48,268 nt of DNA, from the IMG/VR virus record IMGVR_UViG_3300044806_000313, positions 1 to 48,268 of that record, one strand, 5' to 3'. This DNA is from a virus. Taxonomy: Duplodnaviria; Caudoviricetes. The notes under the pieces were generated by a model that was given only the letters and a program-made list of their open reading frames with translations, was not told the origin of the DNA and did not search any database. Shown in pieces: positions 44,926 to 48,268 of this stretch; the stretch's first letter is position 1; each line of letters opens with the position of its first letter. The translations under genes and the position numbers were made by a program.

Positions 44926-44954
44926 ATTCTACCAGTCCTAGTCCATCACGCCAA
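44926..44954 (-). promoter_or_regulatory. Promoter TTGGCG-17-TAGAAT with extended -10 (TG)
   Basis: Read directly; AT-rich tract upstream. Confidence 0.65.
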
Positions 44955-45041
44955 AAATAAAAAAATCTCTTTCCTTACTATCCGCGCTCGTTAGGCAGGA
45001 TGCCTAGCCAAAACCAAACCAACTGAGGGAGTCAGTTACCA

Positions 45042-45782
45042 ATGCCAGTAGAACAAATCTTTGACACGAAAGAAGCAGCGCCGGAATTCCTGCGCGACCA
45101 TTTAACGGAAACAGACGGGAAGTTTGTTTTTCGTGCCGAGCTTTCCAACGAAACCGCCGGATTGAAATCCGCGCTCAAAGCCGAACGCGACGCAAAAAGC
45201 GCGCTCGAAAAGTCTTTGAAAGGCTACGAAGGAATTGACGCCACCAAAGCCCGCGAACTGCTCACGCAGCAGCAAAAGGCCGAGGAAGACAAGGCGAAAG
45301 CAAACGGCGAATGGGAAAACTGGAAAGCGCAAATGCAGGCAACCCACGAAGCCGAGAAGCGAGCGCTTGAGGACAAGCTGAGACAGGCCGAGACGGATTA
45401 CGAAACGGAATTCGTTGACGCAAAGGTCACGGCGGAAATCGCAAACGCAAAAGGCCGCCCGCGACTGTTAAAGCCTTGGCTGGGCGCGAAGTCGGTTCTT
45501 GAAAATGGGCAGCGTGCAATTCGCATTTATGACGATAAGGGCAACCTTCGTTACGGCAAAGACGGCGCGCCAATGACGGTAAGTGAACGACTGGCAGAGA
45601 TGAAAGCTGACCCCGAATTTATGGTTGCGTTTGAGGGATCAGGCGCAGGCGGCAACGGGGCGCACAACACGCCAAACAGCAGCAATACGGGTGCAAAGAC
45701 AATCACTCGTACAGCACTAGACCAATTATCACCGAACGACCGTTCGGCTTTCTTTAGAGACGGCGGCAAGGTTTCGGATTAA
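45042..45782 (+). CDS. Capsid scaffolding protein
   Basis: Charged coiled coil ('GLKSALKAER'), Gly-rich C-terminus; precedes the capsid gene. Confidence 0.85.
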   Translation: MPVEQIFDTKEAAPEFLRDHLTETDGKFVFRAELSNETAGLKSALKAERDAKSALEKSLKGYEGIDATKARELLTQQQKAEEDKAKANGEWENWKAQMQATHEAEKRALEDKLRQAETDYETEFVDAKVTAEIANAKGRPRLLKPWLGAKSVLENGQRAIRIYDDKGNLRYGKDGAPMTVSERLAEMKADPEFMVAFEGSGAGGNGAHNTPNSSNTGAKTITRTALDQLSPNDRSAFFRDGGKVSD

Positions 45783-45802
45783 CCAAATAGAGGACATTCA
45801 CA

Positions 45803-46951
45803 ATGGCGAATACAATTTCCGCAATCCTCCCAACTATTTACGAAGCCGCTGATATTGTGGCGCGTGAGTTAGTCGGGTTTATTCCTGCCGTTTACAAGAA
45901 TTCAACCGCCGAACGAGCGGCGAAAGATCAAACCATCACTTATCCGGTTGTTGGCGCAATGGCTGCGGCTGATGTGACGCCCGCCGCAACGAGTTCGAGC
46001 GGCACTGATCGCACGATTGGCTCCGGCTCAATGACGATCAGCAAAAGCCGCAAGGTCACGTTCAATTGGACAGGTGAAGAGCAAACCGCGCTCAGCAATG
46101 GCGACAAATCGCAATACGGCAACGTCGTGCGCGATCAGTTTGCGCAAGCTTTCCGCACCTTGACCAACGAAATTGAGGCCGACTTGTGGGCTGCGGCTTA
46201 CAAAGGCAGTTCGCGTGCTTACGGCACAGCGGGAACCACGCCTTTTGGCACGGCTGGCGATTTGTCCGACTTTGCGGGCGTTCGCCAAATTCTTGATGAC
46301 AACGGCACGCCGAAAAGCGATTTGCATTTGGTTGTGGGCAGCGCGGCAATGGCAAAGCTGCGAGGCATTCAATCGGTACTGTTCAAGGTCAATGAGTCGG
46401 GCACGAGCGATTTCTTGCGCAATGGCGTTCTTGGTCAAGTCATGGGCTTGAATATCCATGATAGCTATCCCATCGGCGTGCATACGAAAGGCAGCGGCGC
46501 AAGCTACTTGCTCAATGGCGCTTTAGCCGTCGGTAGCACTTCCTGCACCGTTGACACTGGCTCTGGCACGATCTTGGCGGGCGACATCGTGACGTTTGCG
46601 GGCACTTCGACTAAGTACGTCGTTAATTCGGCCTTGGCTTCCAACGTGTTCACTATCGGCACTCCTGGCTCACTCGCCATCGAGGCCGACAATGACGCTG
46701 TGACGGTTGGCAATAACTACACGCCGAACGTTGCCTTCCACCGCAACGCGTTGCACTTGATTACGCGTGCGCCCGCGATGCCTGCGGGTGGCGATAGCGC
46801 GGATGACGTTTACATGTTCACTGATCCGGTAAGCGGCATTTCGTTTGAAATCGCGCTGTACCGTCAGTATCGCCAGTTGACCTATGAGGTTGCGGCGGCT
46901 TGGGGCGTTGACGCGGTGAAACCTGATTTCATTGCCACCTTGATTGGCTAA
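45803..46951 (+). CDS. Major capsid protein (P22 coat-like HK97 fold with insertion domain)
   Basis: 382 aa; strong GAGGA RBS; 'ILAGDIVTFAG' insertion-domain motif; 'NVAFHRNAL'. Confidence 0.92.
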   Translation: MANTISAILPTIYEAADIVARELVGFIPAVYKNSTAERAAKDQTITYPVVGAMAAADVTPAATSSSGTDRTIGSGSMTISKSRKVTFNWTGEEQTALSNGDKSQYGNVVRDQFAQAFRTLTNEIEADLWAAAYKGSSRAYGTAGTTPFGTAGDLSDFAGVRQILDDNGTPKSDLHLVVGSAAMAKLRGIQSVLFKVNESGTSDFLRNGVLGQVMGLNIHDSYPIGVHTKGSGASYLLNGALAVGSTSCTVDTGSGTILAGDIVTFAGTSTKYVVNSALASNVFTIGTPGSLAIEADNDAVTVGNNYTPNVAFHRNALHLITRAPAMPAGGDSADDVYMFTDPVSGISFEIALYRQYRQLTYEVAAAWGVDAVKPDFIATLIG

Positions 46952-46957
46952 ACCTAC

Positions 46958-46992
46958 GGGCGGGCGTGAAAGCGCCCGCCCTTTATTCCTTC
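46958..46992 (+). terminator. Intrinsic terminator after the capsid gene
   Basis: GGGCGGGCG-TGAAAG-CGCCCGCCC followed by TTTATT. Confidence 0.75.
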
Positions 46993-47002
46993 TGCGAATC
47001 CT

Positions 47003-47164
47003 ATGGAAATCCCAACAATTTCAGTGACGAGCGTTGATCCTGCCTATCACGGCGGCGAAGCGTTCACGATTAACGAAAGCGACTTCGACCCGGCGCAGCA
47101 TAAGCGCGTGGACGAAGCCGAAAAGGCAGAGGCGGCAAAGCCTGTTAGCAAAGCTAAGAAGTAA
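47003..47164 (+). CDS. 53-aa head-associated protein (not in the ORF track)
   Basis: MEIPTISV...INESDFDPAQH...; a motif often seen after capsid genes; abuts the next ATG. Confidence 0.7.
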   Translation: MEIPTISVTSVDPAYHGGEAFTINESDFDPAQHKRVDEAEKAEAAKPVSKAKK

Positions 47165-47710
47165 ATGGCAATCACGCTCATCACCACAGTTGGCGGCAGC
47201 ACGTCGGACAGCTACGCGAGCGCCGATGAATTCGACACGTTTCTAAAGCGGCGTCGGAATGGTGATGACGTGTTGAATATGAGTCCTGATAAGAAAGCGC
47301 AAGGCCTATTGGAAGCGATGACGTTTCTTGCGCCGCTGCATTGGCCGGGTTCAGTTGTTTCAGCAACGCAGGCATTGGCGCATCCGCGCTATGGCTTGCC
47401 GAAGCCGAACAGCGAAAGCTTGGATTATTACTCGGAAAGCAGTCAAAGCAATCTCCCGATTTATTACGAAAGCACAGAGATTGCACCGCCTGTCAAAAAC
47501 GCTCAATGCGAACTGGCGTATTTGATCTTGAGCGAGCAATTCAACACAGACGAAAGCGAGTCGGCGGCAATTCAAAGCTTTTCGGCTGACGGCGTTTCGG
47601 TCAACTACGCCACAGGTGCGCGCACGCGCTCAAAGTCCGGTCAATTGCCGCCCTCGGTTGGGCGCATTCTTGCGGGCCTCGTGATGGGCACGCAATTCAG
47701 GTTGGGCTAA
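47165..47710 (+). CDS. Head-tail adaptor (DnaT-like phage family)
   Basis: Motifs 'DSYAS', 'QALAHPR' and 'VKNAQCELA'. Confidence 0.85.
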   Translation: MAITLITTVGGSTSDSYASADEFDTFLKRRRNGDDVLNMSPDKKAQGLLEAMTFLAPLHWPGSVVSATQALAHPRYGLPKPNSESLDYYSESSQSNLPIYYESTEIAPPVKNAQCELAYLILSEQFNTDESESAAIQSFSADGVSVNYATGARTRSKSGQLPPSVGRILAGLVMGTQFRLG

Positions 47711-48078
47711 TGGCAACGCCTTTGCTGAGCAAGAACGTGCTGAACACGATGCGCCGCGCACTGTACGGGCGCACGGCAGTTCTGCGGCTTTATCGCTTGC
47801 CGACGGGCGCGGAGCCTGAGTTATTGGCAACGATTACTGATGGTTGGTACGTGCAACGGCAGGCGTACACGAAGGGCAACGAATCGGAGCCGAAACAGAG
47901 CCTTTTGCACTTGGCAAAGCTTGCGGTAGCAGAGGCGGAATTGCACGAGGCGTCACGGGCAGAGATTGACGCGAACGGCGAAACGTTCACGTTTAACTTT
48001 TCGGACGTTGCACCAATGCAGCAACTAGGCTCGGGCTACATCGTGCCGCTTCTGCAAGTGAGCGCGACGACGGACTAG
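47710..48078 (+). CDS. Putative head closure/stopper protein
   Basis: 122 aa; between the adaptor and the gp10-like gene. Confidence 0.55.
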   Translation: MATPLLSKNVLNTMRRALYGRTAVLRLYRLPTGAEPELLATITDGWYVQRQAYTKGNESEPKQSLLHLAKLAVAEAELHEASRAEIDANGETFTFNFSDVAPMQQLGSGYIVPLLQVSATTD

Positions 48079-48082
48079 GGCG

Positions 48083-48268
48083 ATGGAAGTCACGATCACT
48101 GTTGACCAAAACGCAATTGATAGCCTCATCCGCGAAGCGGCTGGCTCGTTGATAAAAGAAGTCACGTTCGGCATCGAAAGAGAAATGAAGCTTTCGTTTG
48201 CTGAACCGAAAAGCGGCAACGTGCGCCGCAGTGATGGGCACATCGCGTCGGCACGCGGGGAAGCGCCC
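48083..48268 (+). CDS. 5' part of the gp10-like gene (continues to 295 across the circular junction)
   Basis: MEVTITVDQNAIDSLIREAAGSLIKEV... is in frame with ORF 8-295. Confidence 0.8.
   Translation, partial: MEVTITVDQNAIDSLIREAAGSLIKEVTFGIEREMKLSFAEPKSGNVRRSDGHIASARGEAP
48142..48268. repeat. Exact 127-bp terminal direct repeat (copy 2)
   Basis: Identical to bases 1-127. Confidence 0.95.

Overview
This window appears to be the complete genome of a temperate, long-tailed (siphovirus-type) bacteriophage. Bases 1-127 are repeated exactly at 48142-48268, so it is a circular assembly of about 48,141 bp opened inside a neck gene. The + strand carries the lysis, packaging, head and tail operons (35.7-48.3 kb, continuing into 0-17.5 kb). 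The - strand carries an early operon (17.6-29.7 kb) with a Bet/RecT recombinase, an initiator gene containing iterons, DnaB, RusA and many small ORFs. A control region at 29.5-35.1 kb has two divergent small regulators, a tyrosine integrase, a candidate attP, a promoter-driven accessory cassette and a thermonuclease. Four things stand out. (1) A dual-coded module at 17.8-19.4 kb, where a 4-TM membrane gene has a textbook -1 frameshift signal (C CCA AAA, 6-nt spacer, GC hairpin) into a 322-codon frame. That frame overlies two further small genes, contains an 11-copy DNA repeat array and is followed by a strongly acidic partner ORF. (2) A roughly 235-nt tRNA-like RNA with a large structured insert upstream of the endolysin. 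(3) A switch-like RNA leader, reminiscent of C4/CI antisense systems, upstream of the replication genes. (4) A reshuffled tail tip, with a gpL-like Cys domain fused to a beta-helix spike and a gpM-like domain at the C-terminus of the last tail gene. All calls come from reading the sequence by eye; no searches were run.
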